Shown here: piece by piece, positions 10,586 through 23,966 of the stretch
Layout of the letters: each line of letters starts with the position of its first letter
Position numbering within the stretch: position 1 is the first letter of the stretch
Assembly: GCF_963921235.1 (NCBI RefSeq)
Contig: NC_086097.1
Location: forward strand, 26,662,001 to 26,726,000
From: Mobula hypostoma
Taxonomy: Eukaryota
Direction: 5' to 3'
Length of the DNA stretch: 64,000 bases
The notes under the pieces: generated by a model
Seen by the model: only the letters and a program-made list of their open reading frames with translations
The model's database searches: none
What the model was told of the DNA's origin: nothing
Program-made: the position numbers and the translations under genes

Positions 10586-12762
10586 AAAAAGAGTTGCCAC
10601 AAGAAAGCAGCATCCATCATCAGGGGCCCCTACCACCCAGTACATGTTGTCTTCTTACTGTTGCCATCAGGAAAAAGGTACAGGAGCCTCAAGACTCACA
10701 ACACCAGGTTCAGTTATTACCCGTCAACCATCAGGCTCTTCACCCAAAGTGGATAACTTCACAAGGCATCCCTAGTCCCATCATCAAAACGTTCATATAA
10801 TCTATGGACACACTTTCAAGGACTCTTTATTTCAGGTTCTCGATATTTATTGCTTATTTATTTATTTTATTTTTTATTTTTGTATTTGCACAGTTTGTTG
10901 TCTTTTGCACACTGGCCGAACACTCAAGTTGATGTGGTCCTTCATTGATTCTTTTATGGATTTATTCAGTTCTGGTTTAAGGTGGCACTGCCGAAAGCAG
11001 GCAACAACATTCTGGCGGTTCCCAAAGCCAGAAATACAACTAAATACTTGATTAATAACACTTTTTCTGTAAAAAAAATTCAGGTAAACGATCATCGTGA
11101 ACACTGAAGAGGTATGCGAAGGTGAGGCTGAGTCAAGGGTCAAAGTGCAAGGGTGTAAAATGGAGTCAGAGCAAGGTTGAGGCATGTTCAAGCCAGAGAT
11201 GGAGGTGTGCGAATCAGAGAAAGGAGGAGAGGCAAGTTTGGGGCTCGTCCACCTAAAAGGAGAGCAAGGTTGGATTGATCTAAGTGCTGGGCCAATTTGG
11301 AAATATTGAGTATGGGCCGAAACGTGGTGGTGAGGTCCAGACCCCGGGTCCGAGAGTGAGGAACAACACAATAGATTGTAAAGGCACAGTGTCGTGAGGG
11401 TCGGACCCATTCTGCTCACTGCTTTGCAATCTTTACTCTGCTCTTCACTGCACTGAAGCTGAGGCTGTGGGCCTGCTCCAGCTACTCTGGGCTCCGTGTC
11501 TGTGGGCTCCATGATGTTTACTCCGCTGTGTGCTGAACTAAGGCTGCTGGGGCTGAGGGCCTACTCAGGGCTTCGTGTCTGGGGACTCAGTTTCATTCTG
11601 AATGCTAATTGTTTGCTTTTGTTAACTTGCATGATTTGTTTTCTTTATCTCTGCACATTGGGCATTTGTCATTCCTTATGGGTTCTTCTCGGTTTCTTGT
11701 TTTGTGGCTACCTGTAAGGAGACAAATCTCAAAGTTGTATAATGCATACATACGTTGGTAATAGAATGTCCTTTGAACTTTAAAAATGAATCTCAGAGTT
11801 CTATATAGTGACATATATGTACTTTGATAATAAATTACAATACTTTGAACTTTGAATGCCAAGCAACTGAACCTTCTTGATCAACCACCCTTGCTGAACC
11901 TTGTCAAAGGACTTGCTAAAGTCCACGTAGACAAAATCCACTGCTTTGCCTTCATTGGCTTTCTTGGTAACTCCTTGAAAAACTCTATCGGATTGATTAG
12001 ACACACCTAACATGCACAAAGCCTAATCGGTCTCTATCTGTCACAACACTTACATATCCAGTCCCTTAGAATACTTTCCAATAACTTACCTGCTACTGAT
12101 GTCAGGATCACTGGCCTATATTTTCCAATATGTGACAATAACAAACGAATCGACAATTTACCAGAAAAACTGCAGATACAGCAGTCAGGCAGCATTTGTG
12201 AAGAAAGAATTAATGTTTCAAATTGACCTGTTGAGAATTTGCAACGTATTTTATGTGTGATTAAACTAACAAGTGCATTTGATATGCCTGTGTATAAAAG
12301 TGAACTTAAACGTACAGTATGTGCATATATCTGAAAGAATAAAGGAAGGTTAGGTGATCAGCAGGCATAGTGACTGATGATATATCAACATGCACAGTGA
12401 CAGGTAGGTGACTGGAAGATGGGCCCAGGCAATCAGCAGCTGAGTAGGCAGCGAACTTTAGTTTCTACCAAGCAACAATTCTTATCAGTGAATAGGAGAA
12501 TGGCTTGACCCAACTTGGCGAAAATGGGGTCGAATGATTCAAGAGGACACACAGAATTGCAGCCACTTCCATCAGGGGTTCAGTTTTCCACACCATCAAG
12601 AACATGGGTAAGAGGCCATGCCTCAGGGAGGCAACATACTTCACCAAGGACCCCAACCATATGGACCATGCCCTCTTATTGCTGCTGTCAGACACGTGAC
12701 ACTCAGGAGTCTGAAGACGCACACCTCACGGTTCAACAACAGCTTCTTCCCCACTGACATCG

Positions 12763-13390
12763 GGTATAGGAGTATAGGAGCAGAGATGTGATGTTGAGGC
12801 TCTATAAGGCGCTGGTGAGACCTCACTTGGAGTACTGTGGGCAGTTTTGGTCTCCTTATTTAAGAAAGGATGTGCTGACGTTGGAGAGGGTACAGAGAAG
12901 ATTCATTAGAATGATTCTGGGAATGAGAGGGTTAACATATGAGGAACGTTTGTCTGCTCTTGGACTGTATTCCTTGGAGTTTAGAAGAATGAGGGGAGAC
13001 CTCATAGAAACATTTTGAATGTTGAAGGGCAACGACAGAGTGGATGTGGCAAAGTTGTTTCCCATGATGGGGGAGTCTAGTACGAGAAGGTATGACTTAG
13101 GGATTGAAGGGCGCCCATTCAGAACAGAAATGGGAAGAAAATTTTTTAGCCAGAGGGTGGTGAATCTATGGAATTCGTTGCTATGGGCGGCAGTGTAGGC
13201 CAAGTCATTGGGTGTATTTAAGGCAGGGATTGATAGGTATCTGAGTAGCCAGGGCGTCAAAGGTTATGGTGAGAAGGCGGGGGAGTGGGACTAAATGGAA
13301 CAATGGATCAACTCATGATAAAATGGCAGAGCAGACTCGATGGGCTGAATGGCTGACTTCTGCTCCTTTGTCTTATGGTCTTATGGTCTA
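12763..13390 (+). mobile_element. CR1-type LINE 3' end, relatively young
   Basis: LYKALVRPHLEYCGQFWSPYLRKD...RGDLIETF; (TCTTATGG)n tail. Confidence 0.85.
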
Positions 13391-13519
13391 ATTGTAAAGG
13401 CATAAAAAACTCTCATTCTGACTCAGAATATATTTCCCTCAACTTCCTCTTATTTTCTTATGCCTATTTTTTTTGTAGGTTATGTATAATACTGTCTGGG
13501 TAGCCTCCAACCTGACAGA

Positions 13520-14321
13520 ATGAACCCCATGACTGTGTGGCTAGGCACAGCCCAAATGCCATCTATAAATTTACTGATGATATAACCGTTGAGTTTCAGA
13601 TGGTGACGAGAAGGCGTACGGGGATGAGATGTACCAACTAGTTGAGTAGTGTCACAGCAACAACCTTGCACTCGACGTCGGTAAGACCAACCAGCTGATT
13701 GTGACTTCAGAAAGGGTAAGACGAGGGAACACATACCAGTCCTCAAAGAGGGATCCGAAGTGGTGAGAGGGAGCAATTTCCTGGGTGTCAAGATCTCTGA
13801 GGATCTAACTTGGTTCCAACATACCTATGCAGCTACAGAATAAAGAAGGCAAGACAGTGGCTCTATTTCATTAGGAGTTTGAGGAGATTTGGGATTTGTC
13901 ATCTAAAACACTTGAAAACCTCTACAGATCTACTGTGGAGAGCATTCTGACTGGCTGCATCACCGTCTGGTATGGGAGGCAGGCTACAGCACAGGACGGA
14001 AGGAAACTGCACAGAGTTGTAAAACTAGTCAGCTCAATGATGGGCACTAACCTCCATCATATCCAAGGCAACTTCAAGGAGCAGTGCCTCAAAAAGGCAG
14101 TGTCTATCATTATGGACCCCCACCACCTAGGTCATGCCCTCTTCCCATTGCTACCATCAGGAAGGAGGTATGGAAGCCTGAAGGACACACTCAACGATTC
14201 AGGAACAGCTTCTTCCCCTCTGCCATCTGATTTCTCAATGGACATTGAACCCTTGAACACTACCTCACTACTTTTAAAATATTCTGTTTTTACACTACTT
14301 ATTTAACTATTATAGATATAT

Positions 14322-14354
<33 letters not shown>

Positions 14355-14475
14355 AATATATATACTTAATGTAATTCAGTTTTTAAAAATATTATCTTGT
14401 ATTGCATTGTACTATTGCCACAAATTTAACAAATTTCACGACATATGCTGGCGATATTAAACCTGATTCTGATTC
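13520..14475 (+). mobile_element. Rex1/Babar-type LINE 3' portion containing an (AT)n microsatellite (~14310-14363)
   Basis: STVESILTGCITVWYG...HALFPLLPSGRRY; GATTCTGATT tail. Confidence 0.8.
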
Positions 14476-14477
14476 AG

Positions 14478-14930
14478 ATTTCCCTAACTTTCTTTTCCAT
14501 TTCCCGTCCTAGTTCCACTCTCACCCCTTCACTTCTCCTCACCTGCCCATCACCCCCGTCTGTTGCCCCTCCTCCTTCCCTTTCTCCCATGGTCCACTCT
14601 CCTCTCCTTTATCAGATTCCTCCTTCTTCAGCCCTTCAGCTTTTCCACCAATCACATCCCAGTTTCTTATTTCATTCCCCCCTCCCCATCCATCTACCTT
14701 CCCCCTCACCTGGCTTCACCTGTCACCTGCCATCTTGTACTTCTTCCCCTCCCCCCTTCTTCTTGTTTTGGCTTCTTCCCTTTTTCATTCCTGTTCTGAT
14801 GAAGAGTCTATGCCTGTGACATCAACTGCTTATTCCCCTCCATAGATGCTGCCTGACGTGTTGAGTTCCTTCAGCATTTTGTACATGTTACTCTGGATTT
14901 CCAGTATCTGCAGAGCCTCTGGTGTTTATA
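14478..14930 (+). mobile_element. Penelope-derived terminal repeat fragment with decayed hammerhead motif
   Basis: Pyrimidine-rich tract, then CTGATGAAGAG..., ATAGATGCTGCCTGAC..GAGTTCCT; homologous to 29380-29765. Confidence 0.65.
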
Positions 14931-17584
14931 TAATTTACATTGCTACATTTACAATGTAGTGTGCTGCTGTTGCAAAAATCAAATTTTCATGGCATTTATA
15001 TCCAGGGTATGTATGCCATGACACTAAACTTGAAATTTATAAAAAGCTACATGTCTATGTGGCCTGTTACAAATCTATCCCTTCTAATTTTCTTATAAAT
15101 TCTTGTGGTTTGAAATTAAAACTACTGTGGACAAAGAGAATGAGGCAGTTTCATTTGGAGTGCAGCTTATTTTCTACCGAAGCCATCATATCTTTATCAT
15201 ATGCTCGTTTTTGATTTTTTTAAATCAGAAATACTGAAATGAGGCTGCCACAACAGAGTCCTGATGTAGGGTCTCAGCCAGAAATGTCAACTGTTTATTC
15301 CTTTCCACAGATGCTGGCTGACCTGCTGAGTTCCTCCAGCGTTTTCTGTGTATTCCTACATGAGGACAATTTACTGCAATAGACAGATATTTAGCTGTAA
15401 TCAAACATCCATACCTTCGGCATTTTACATTGTTAACGTGCCTCTTTGTTTCCTCTTTCTCCAATTGATTTTATTAGTCTCTGCTTTCTGAGACGTTTGT
15501 GCAGATTCAGCATGTCATCTAAAACTTTGCCAAACTACAGTGGAGAGTATACTGACTGGTTGCATCACGGCACAGAATGGAAACACCAATGCCCAAGAAT
15601 CAAAAAGCCAATAAAAAGTGCTGGATACGGTCCAGTCCATCACAGAAAAAGCTCTCCCCACAATTGAGCACATCTACACGGAGCACTGCCACTAAAAAAA
15701 ACAGCATCTGTCATCAAGGACCTCAGCAAACCAGGGCATGCTCTCTTCTCGCTGCTGCCATCAGAAAGGAGTTACAGGAGCCACACTATCATGCTTAGGA
15801 ACAATTATTACTCTTCAACCATCAGGCTCCTGAACCAGCGAGGATAACTTTACTCACCCTAACACTGAACTGACTCCACAACCTATGGACCCACTTTCAA
15901 GGACTCTACAACTCATGTTCTCAGTGTTATTTATTTACTTATATATTTATTCTTTTTGTATTTGCACAGTTGTCATCTTTTGCACGTTGGTTGTTTGCTA
16001 GTGTTTGTGTAGTTTTTCATTGTTACATTGCATTTCTTTGTTCTACTGTGAGTGAGAAAATGAATTTCATGGTAGTTTATAGTGACATATATGTATTTTG
16101 AGAATAAATTTACTTTGAACTTTGAACCCCTGGGCTCTGTTGACATAGGAGTAACCTAGGAAACCTCACACCAGTTATGGAGGCACAAGGGGATTGGAGG
16201 CTTCATAAATATTCCTCAAAATGATGGAAGACATGCAAGGGGTCCTGGATATAGATGGGAAGGGACTTGACATAGGGGAAACATATAGAGTCAAGGATGT
16301 TGCTGGGACTTGAGGACCTGTGTAATAAAGAAAGTCTGAAAATGTTTGGACCTTATTCCCTGGAGTGCAGGAGAGGGGAGGATTTGATAGGGGTGTCGAA
16401 AATTATGAAGGGTACAGATAAGGTAAATGCAAGCAGGCTTTTTCTACTGAGATTGGGTGAGAATAGAACTAGAGATTGTGGGTTAAGGGTGAAAAGTGAA
16501 ATGTTTAGGAGGAACTTCCTGATTCATAGGGCGATGAGAATATGAAACAAACCAGCAGCAGAAGTGGTGGATGTGGGTTTGATTACAAAATTTAAGAGAA
16601 GTGTGGATAGGTACATGGATGGGGGGGGTGGGGGTTATAGAGGGCTATGGTTCAGGTACGGGTCAATAGGACTAGGCAGAGTAACAGTTCAATATGGACT
16701 AGATGGGCTGTAGTTTTTGAGCTGTAATGCTTGGTTGGCTCTATGAACCCATGTCAGAATTAGAATCAGGTTTATTATCACCGGCATGTGTTGTGAAATT
16801 TGTATGAGACACCACCTTTGAGAGCATTTAATAGGTAGTGGAAGCTTATCTCTATTGCCTCTCCCAGCAGTAACAACCTTAAGGAACAAATCCTCCCCAA
16901 TTATCAGCCCGATATGGTATTGACAGACTTCAGGAGTAGAGAGTTCTCTTCTCTCCCCTCCTATCAGGCAAAACATATAAATACCTGAAAGCACCAGGCT
17001 TAAGGAGGATTTTAATCCTGCTTTTATAAGACTAGTGAGTTGTCCTCTAGTACATTAAGTCCTAGTACTCTTGACCTCACAATCTACTTTGTCATGACCT
17101 TGCACCACTGTCTGCCTGCACTGCACTTTCTCTACAACTGTAACACTTGATTGTGCATTCTATTATTGCTTTTCCTTTGTACTACCTCGATGTAGAGCTG
17201 TGGTGAAATTATCTCCATGGATGGCATGCAAAACAGTTTCTCACAGTACCAAAGTACAGGTGATAATACAACGATTTACCAATTCCAAGGATACACAACC
17301 CCTGGAGATACAGAAAAATATCTCCTGATCTCAGACAAAGGCCAACTCCTTGTGTGGAGATACAGAGGCTGCAGATGCTGGAATAAACAAACTGTTGGAG
17401 GAATTCAGCACGACTGGCAGCATCTGGGAAGGGAATGAGTCGAGAGCCATCTGGACTGGAGATCTTTTACCCTGAGATGATCTCCCACCCATCCTCCACC
17501 TTCCACCCTTAGAAAGCGGACGTGAATCTCAGATGTCTTAATCAGACCACCTCTCATTCCTCTAAACGCCACACTTCCGGTGCA

Positions 17585-17920
17585 CACAACTCACTAACCG
17601 TAACCCGTTCATCTTTGGAATGTGGGAGGAATCTGGAGCAGTGGAGGAAACCCACACAGCCATGGGGAGAACACACGGATAGCGGCGGGAATCAGATTCC
17701 AATCTAGCAGTTGGCACTGTAAAGATTGTGCGAACCACTGCGCCACCAAGTCATCTCACAACTGTACATCTTTGGAATGTGGGAGGAAACTGGAGCATCC
17801 AGAGGAAACCCATGCTTTCATGGGGAGAAAGTACAGATTTCTTACAGGGAGTGGCAGGAATTGAACCCTCATCTTCTAGCTAACTGCTGTAAAGCATTGC
17901 ATTAACCACTATCCTACTGT
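17585..17920 (-). mobile_element. Two tandem V-domain tRNA-SINE fragments
   Basis: Twice TCTTTGGAATGTGGGAGGAA..TGGAGCA...GAGGAAACCCA (reverse V-domain), followed by a B-box-like GGAATTGAACC. Confidence 0.65.
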
Positions 17921-18650
17921 TTCTCTGAAGAACAGTCTTCTTTGGAATTACCTTGGTAAACCCTGGTTGCCTGCCCCCAAGAATACCTTTGGAGATCAGG
18001 AGTTGTTAACTATGCTATTTAAATGCACTTTGTTTTACGTATTTTCTATTTATAATGAAAATGTAAACAGCATAAATTTTGTATTTATTATTAATAAGAG
18101 CCATTAAAATTCTTTCTTACAGTACAAATATTTTAGTTGTGTAAGGCCACTGAATAATTTCAGGTAATGAAATTTCAGGCAGTACCTGGTAATAATCCCA
18201 CTAAATAATTAAGGTTATACTTTTATATTCAGAGTTGGTATTTCAAGCTGTTTAAATCTTTGCGGAAATATTCCTAAATTGCCAATGGGCAGGCCTTGCA
18301 GGTGCCCCGTGGGCTTTTTGTGCTGCATTTCTATTATATTTTTGAAAGGAATTAACTTTTGACATGATCCTGTTAGGTACTGTACCAGTTCACAGACATT
18401 TGTAATTATAAACCTCATGAAGTCTCTCATATAAGAATCTTCAATGAAACTGTAATACTGACCTGTCTGGCAGGTGATACATTCCATAAGACCATAAAAC
18501 ATAGGAACAGAATCAGGCCATTTGGCCCATCGAGTCTGCTCTGCCATATCATGGTTGATTTATTACCCCTTTCAAGCCATTCTTCTGCTTTCTCCCCATA
18601 ACCATCGATGCCTTTATTAATCAAGAACCTATCAAACTCAGTCTTAAATA

Positions 18651-19397
18651 CAGTGGATTCTATTTAATTGGGACACATCAGGACCAGTACATTTTGACCC
18701 AATTAAGCGGCTACCCCAATTAGCCAAACTTTCATGGCAAAGGTTAAAAAAGTGTAAGGAAAAGACAAACTGAGCAACAAATTATGTATTTAAATAAATA
18801 CAAAACAAATTAGAACACTACCATTAATACTACAGTACTATACAACTTTAAAACTGTGTATTATTTCCTAATAGCTATTGACTGAGGAATTTATTCAGTG
18901 TTATGTGGCCATGTTCTTTTGATTGACAGTAAATGAACAAAATCAGTGCAGATTCCTAGTGCAGATAATGGATTACCTTAATTCAATGCTATTGATGATA
19001 GCATCCACCAATTCTTCCTTTCATTATAACATTCAAGATGATTGTTGATACGTTCGAATTCTTCATAGTGCCTAACTTGTTGAAGTAATGAAATTGTTTC
19101 ATTTTCATTCACATCTCCAAGCCTGAGTGAAACCGTAGTGAGCAAAACAGTTCTGAATTGTCTTACTGCTTATTTCTCACCAACTATCAGTAACAGAAAT
19201 CACTGCCTTTTGAACACAAATACACGCAACTGACGTTATTTAAAACTATTCACTCTAAGCATGGTGTAGTTTCAAATGGCCACCCAAATGCGGGTGACTG
19301 CACTAGTTTGGCAACAGTCTCCTGTCCTATTTAAGTATAGTGTCCCAAATAAGCAGCTGCCTGTTTAACTGATGGCCCAATTAACTAGTATCCGCTG
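18651..19397. mobile_element. Non-autonomous Tigger/pogo-type DNA transposon (MITE-like)
   Basis: Imperfect TIRs CAGTGGATTC..TTAATTGGG and CCCAATTAA..TATCCGCTG, TA on both sides; same family at 20290-21090 and 63616-64000. Confidence 0.75.
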
Positions 19398-19433
19398 TAG
19401 ATAGTAGAATATACCTGGAGAAAAAAATGTATA

Positions 19434-20285
19434 CAGTGGGATGCAGAAGTTTGGGCACCCCTGGTCAATATTTCTGTTTCTGTGAATAGCTAAGCGAATA
19501 AAAGATGACCTGATTTCCAAAAGGCATAAAGTTAAAGATGACACATTTCTTTCATATTTTAAGCAAGAAACATTTTTTTATTTCCGTCTTTTACAGTTTC
19601 AAAATAACAAAAAAGGAAAAGGGCCCAAAGCAAAAGTTTGGGCACCCTGCATAGCGGTACTTAGTAACACCCCCTGGGCAAGTATCACAGCTTGTAAATG
19701 TTTTTTGTAGCCAGCTAGGAGTCTTACAATTCTTGTCTGGGGGATTTTCACCGATTCTTCCTTGCAAAAGGCTTCTAGTTCTGAGATTCTTGGGCCTTTT
19801 TGCATGCACTGCGCTTTTGAGGTCTATCCAGAGATTCTCAATGATGTTTAGGTCGGGGGACTATGAGGGCCATGGAAAAACCTTTAGCTTGCGCCTCTTG
19901 AGGTAGTCCATTGTGGATTTTGCGGTGTGTTTAGGATCATTATCCTGTTGTAGAAACCATCCTCTTTTTATCTTCGGCTTTTTTACAGACAGTGTGCTGT
20001 TTGCTTCCAGAATTTGCTGGTATTTAATTGAATTCATTCTTCCCTCTACCAGTAAATGTTCCCCGTGCCACTGGCTGCAACACAAGCCCAAAGCATGATC
20101 GATCCACCCCTGTGTTTAACAGTTGGAGAGGGGTTCTTTTCATGAAATTCTGCACCCGTTTTTCTCCAAACATACCTTTGCTCATTGCAGCCAAAAAGTT
20201 CAAAGGAACATCTGAACAAGCCTGATGCATTTTGGAGACACGTCCTGTGGACTGATGAAGTTAAAATAGAACTTTTTGGCCGCAA
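19434..20285 (-). mobile_element. Tc1 (DD34E, IR/DR type) 3' half, defective
   Basis: TA+CAGTGGGATGCAGAAGTTTGGGCACCC end; WTDEVKIELF, KHRGGSIMLWAC and QDNDPKH transposase motifs. Confidence 0.85.
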
Positions 20286-20289
20286 CCCT

Positions 20290-21090
20290 GAAAGGGAAAA
20301 TTAAAGAATTTAAAGATGGACATAGAGCTGTTTCTGAAGATGCAAGTGAAGAAGTTGCTGTTTAGCGCCATCGTCACTCTGCTCTGCCTCCGATACTTTA
20401 AATCTTGGTGATCCAGCTTCTCAGCTAGCTCTTCTGATTTGATTTTTTTTCAGTATTGGTCCACTAACACACACACACCTCATCCAGTTACAATGGAAAA
20501 CCATTGACTGATGGGCTCTTCAATACCTGGATCCTTACATTCACACTTCCGTTTTCGGGATGTTCCCTGCTGTCCCTTGCACAATGCCCATTCTTCTCAC
20601 AGCTTATTTTGCTGATGTATCAAGCGTGAAATTGTAGATTTCGGCATCCAGTTATCTCTGCCAGCTAACGATGCGTGGTGTTAGGCCGATGGTCCAGTAC
20701 AGTAGCTTTTTTTCAGCTAGTGTCAAACTTTTTTGTGGCATCTTGGCAAGGATCTGAAATTTTTTAAAGTCAAAATAAAAAACAAAGTTTTCAAAAAGCA
20801 GTGAGTTTTGAATCAACATCCGACGGCATAAACGGATAATGTAACAATCACATGTAACTGTTTAAAAACTGTTCACTGTAAGCACGGGGTAGTGCACTGT
20901 CTAATGGCCACACAAGTCATGTGACTGCCGCCAGTTAGAAACTGTACGGCAACTGTCTCCTCTTCCAATTAAGTGGCACGGTGTCCCAAATAAATGAAAT
21001 GAAGGGAATCCTGGCCATTTTCTTGATTAGGTTTTGTTCGTTAAGAGCTGTAACAAATAAGCCGCTGCCCCAATTAACCAGAATCCACAA
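20290..21090 (-). mobile_element. Tigger/pogo transposon 5' part with decayed CENP-B-like HTH coding start
   Basis: Minus strand MPQKSLTLAEKK... at ~20741; terminus CCCAATTAACCAGAATCCAC matches the TIR of 18651-19397. Confidence 0.6.
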
Positions 21091-21095
21091 TATTT

Positions 21096-21720
21096 CAAAG
21101 TTCAAAGTGCAAAGATCAAAGTAACTTTATTATCAAAGATCATATATGTCACCATATACTACCCTGAGATACATTTTCTTGCAGGCATTCATGGTAAATA
21201 TGGAGGACACAATAGAATCAATAAAAAGCCGCATTCTAAACAGACAAACAATCAATATGCGAAAGATGACAAACTGCAAATACAAAAGAGAAAAATAATA
21301 ATAAATAAGCAATAAATAATTAGGACATGAGATGAAGAACCCTTGAGAGTGAGTCCATAGGTTGTGCGAACAGTTCAGTGTTGGGTGAATGAAGTTGAGT
21401 GAAGTTATCCCCTCTGGTTCAGGAGCCTGACGGTTAAGCGGTAATAACTCTTCCTGAACCTGGTGGTGTGGGTCCTGAGGCTCTTGTACCTCCTTCCTGA
21501 AGTTAGCAGCCGGATGGTGGGGCTCCTTAATGATGGATGCCACCTTTTAGAGGCAACACCTTTTAAAGATGTAATTGATGGTGGAGAGGCTAGTGTCCAG
21601 GATAGTGCTGGCTGAATTTGCAATCCTCCACAGCTTTTACCATTGTGTGCATTGCCAGACAGTGATGCCTCCAGTCAAAATGCTCTCCACCGTACATCTG
21701 TAGAAATTTGCTCAAATCTT
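21096..21720 (-). mobile_element. Rex1/Babar-type LINE 3' fragment
   Basis: SGRRYKSLRTHTTRFRKSYY; (GAACTTT)n tail. Confidence 0.75.
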
Positions 21721-23718
21721 AAGTACGGGAGTTGGGATGTTGTGTTGAAATTGTAATAGATTGTATGGTGAGGCCAAATTTGGAGTATTATGTGCAGTTC
21801 TGGTCTACCTATCTATAGGAAAGATACTGTATCAATAAGATTGAAAGAATGCGGAAAAGAATTATGAAGATTTTACCATATCTTGAGGTCTAGAGTAAAA
21901 GGGAAACATTGAATGATTAGGACTTTATTTCCTAGAGTGTAGGAGAATGAGGGGAGATTTGATAGAGGGCTTCAAAGAGAGATTTGGATAGGTACATGGA
22001 TGGGAGGGATATGGTTGAGGTGTGGGTCGATGGGACTAGGCAAATTGACAGTTTGATACAGATTTGAGTGGCCTGTTTCTGTGCTGTAGTGTGCTATGAC
22101 TCTTTGGTTACATAACAAATCTCCTCAAACTCCCAATGAAATGAAATATAGCTGCCGATGTGCTTTTTTCATGTTGGTCCCAGGATAGACCTTCAGAGAT
22201 GTTGACACCCAAGGATTCGAAACTGCTAATCATTTCCACTGCTGATCCCTTTTTGAGGACTTGTGTGTGTTCCCTCAACTTTCCCTTCCTGAAGACCACA
22301 ATCCATTCTTTTGTCTTACTGATGTTGAGTGCAAGACATTGCACAGGTTATTCTTGTAAGTATTTTCTTTATTAGGAATTAAGTTTATTTTGTTAAAATA
22401 AATGAGTGGCAATCAGTAGCGTAGAGGTTAGTGTTACACTATAACAGCACCAGCGACCCAGGTTCAATTCCTCCCCGTGACTGTGGGGGTTCCCCTCCCA
22501 CATTCCAAAGGTGTACAGATTAGTCGGTTAATTGGTCACACGGATATAATTGGGCAGAAAGTATCAGGGGAAATCAGAGGAAGGATTTTTACACAGAGTG
22601 GTTGGTGCGTGGAATGCACTGCCAGGAGTGGTGGCAGAGGCAGATACATTAGGGACAATTAAGAAAGTCTTAGATAAGCACATGGATAATTTAAAAAATG
22701 GAAGTCTTCAGGAAGGCACAAGGTCCCAATTCATAAATTGTGAGGTAGTGGAAAGATTTGCCAATTTCAAGTTTTCAGCGATGAACATCACTGAGGAGCT
22801 CTCTTGGTCTGTCAACACAACCCCGATAGTAGGGAAGGCATAACAGTGACTATAATACTTGAGGTGCTTAAGCAGAGCTAATCTGCCTCGAGAATTGCTG
22901 GCCAGCATTTATCAATGTGCAATGAGATCACACTGACATACGGAATGACTACAGCAAGACAGATCACAATGCACTCCAACGGGTAATTAGGATAGCTCTG
23001 CACATCACTGAAACTCAACTACTGGACCTGGAGTCAATCTACAACTCTTGATGCCTATGGCATGCTCGTAACTTTATTAAAGACCCATCTCATCCTAGAC
23101 AGTGTCTGTTCAATCTCTTGTCATCTGGTAGGAGATACAGAAACATCTTAGCCAAGACAGTAAGACTGAAAAACAGCTTCTTCCCGAGGGCAATTGTGCA
23201 GTGAATAATGCTACACCCTGGCTTGCTAATGGCCTTTGAGTGCTATGGACTATCGAAGTCACTTGTCGCATGTAAATATGGGAATTTTTAAAAATTAAGC
23301 TGTACTGTGTATACAGTAAATATTTGTTTTGCACAGACTGGAGTAGCACCAAATCTCATTGTCCTGAGCAACAACAATAAAGCTCTATTCTATTCTATGG
23401 AGGAGGGAAGGTTTAGATTAATCTCGGAGTACGTTAAAAGGCCACCACTACATCATGGGCTAAAGAGCCTGTATTCTGCTGTAATATGCTATAATCAAAG
23501 GTGTCAGAGAAATGTATACAATATACATCCTGAAATTCTTTTTCTTTGCAAACATCCATGAAAACAGAGGAGTGCCCCAAAGAATGAATGACATTTATAA
23601 TGTTGGAACATCAAAGCCCCCCCCCAGCTCCCCCCTCCCATGCACAAGCAGCAGCAAGGCAATGGCCCCCCCAACCCCACCCAGCAAAAAAGCATCAGCG
23701 CCCTCCACCGAACACTCA

Positions 23719-23940
23719 CTACTACGTCGACTCAGGCCTAGGGGGCTGGCATCGGGCACGATGATGGACTCTCCACTTCTCCCTCTCCCTCATCAGTGTG
23801 TTCAGTTCATCTACATTAGCCGCGCCGCTGTCTTCTAGGAGCGTGTTGACCATAGTCTTGGGAGGGTGCCCAGGGCTCACCCTCCCGTGCTTGGGCTCCC
23901 ATATGATGACTAGGCTGGCAGGTAGCTCGGGGTGGTGTAG
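23719..23940 (-). mobile_element. RTE-like LINE 3' end
   Basis: HHPELPASLVIIWEPKHGRVSPGHPPKTMVNTLLED...LMREREKWR resembles an RTE-clade C-terminus. Confidence 0.6.
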
Positions 23941-23966
23941 ACACACACACACACACACACACACAC
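23941..23966 (+). repeat. (AC)13 microsatellite
   Basis: Direct reading. Confidence 0.95.

Noticed and set aside
10874..11512. 212-aa minus-strand ORF
   Set aside because: Antisense to repeat sequence and ends in a Rex 3' UTR; no protein motif.
14445..14819. Pro/Ser/Leu/Phe-rich ORFs here and at ~29449-29809 and ~50656-51010
   Set aside because: Translations of the pyrimidine-rich Penelope terminal repeat.
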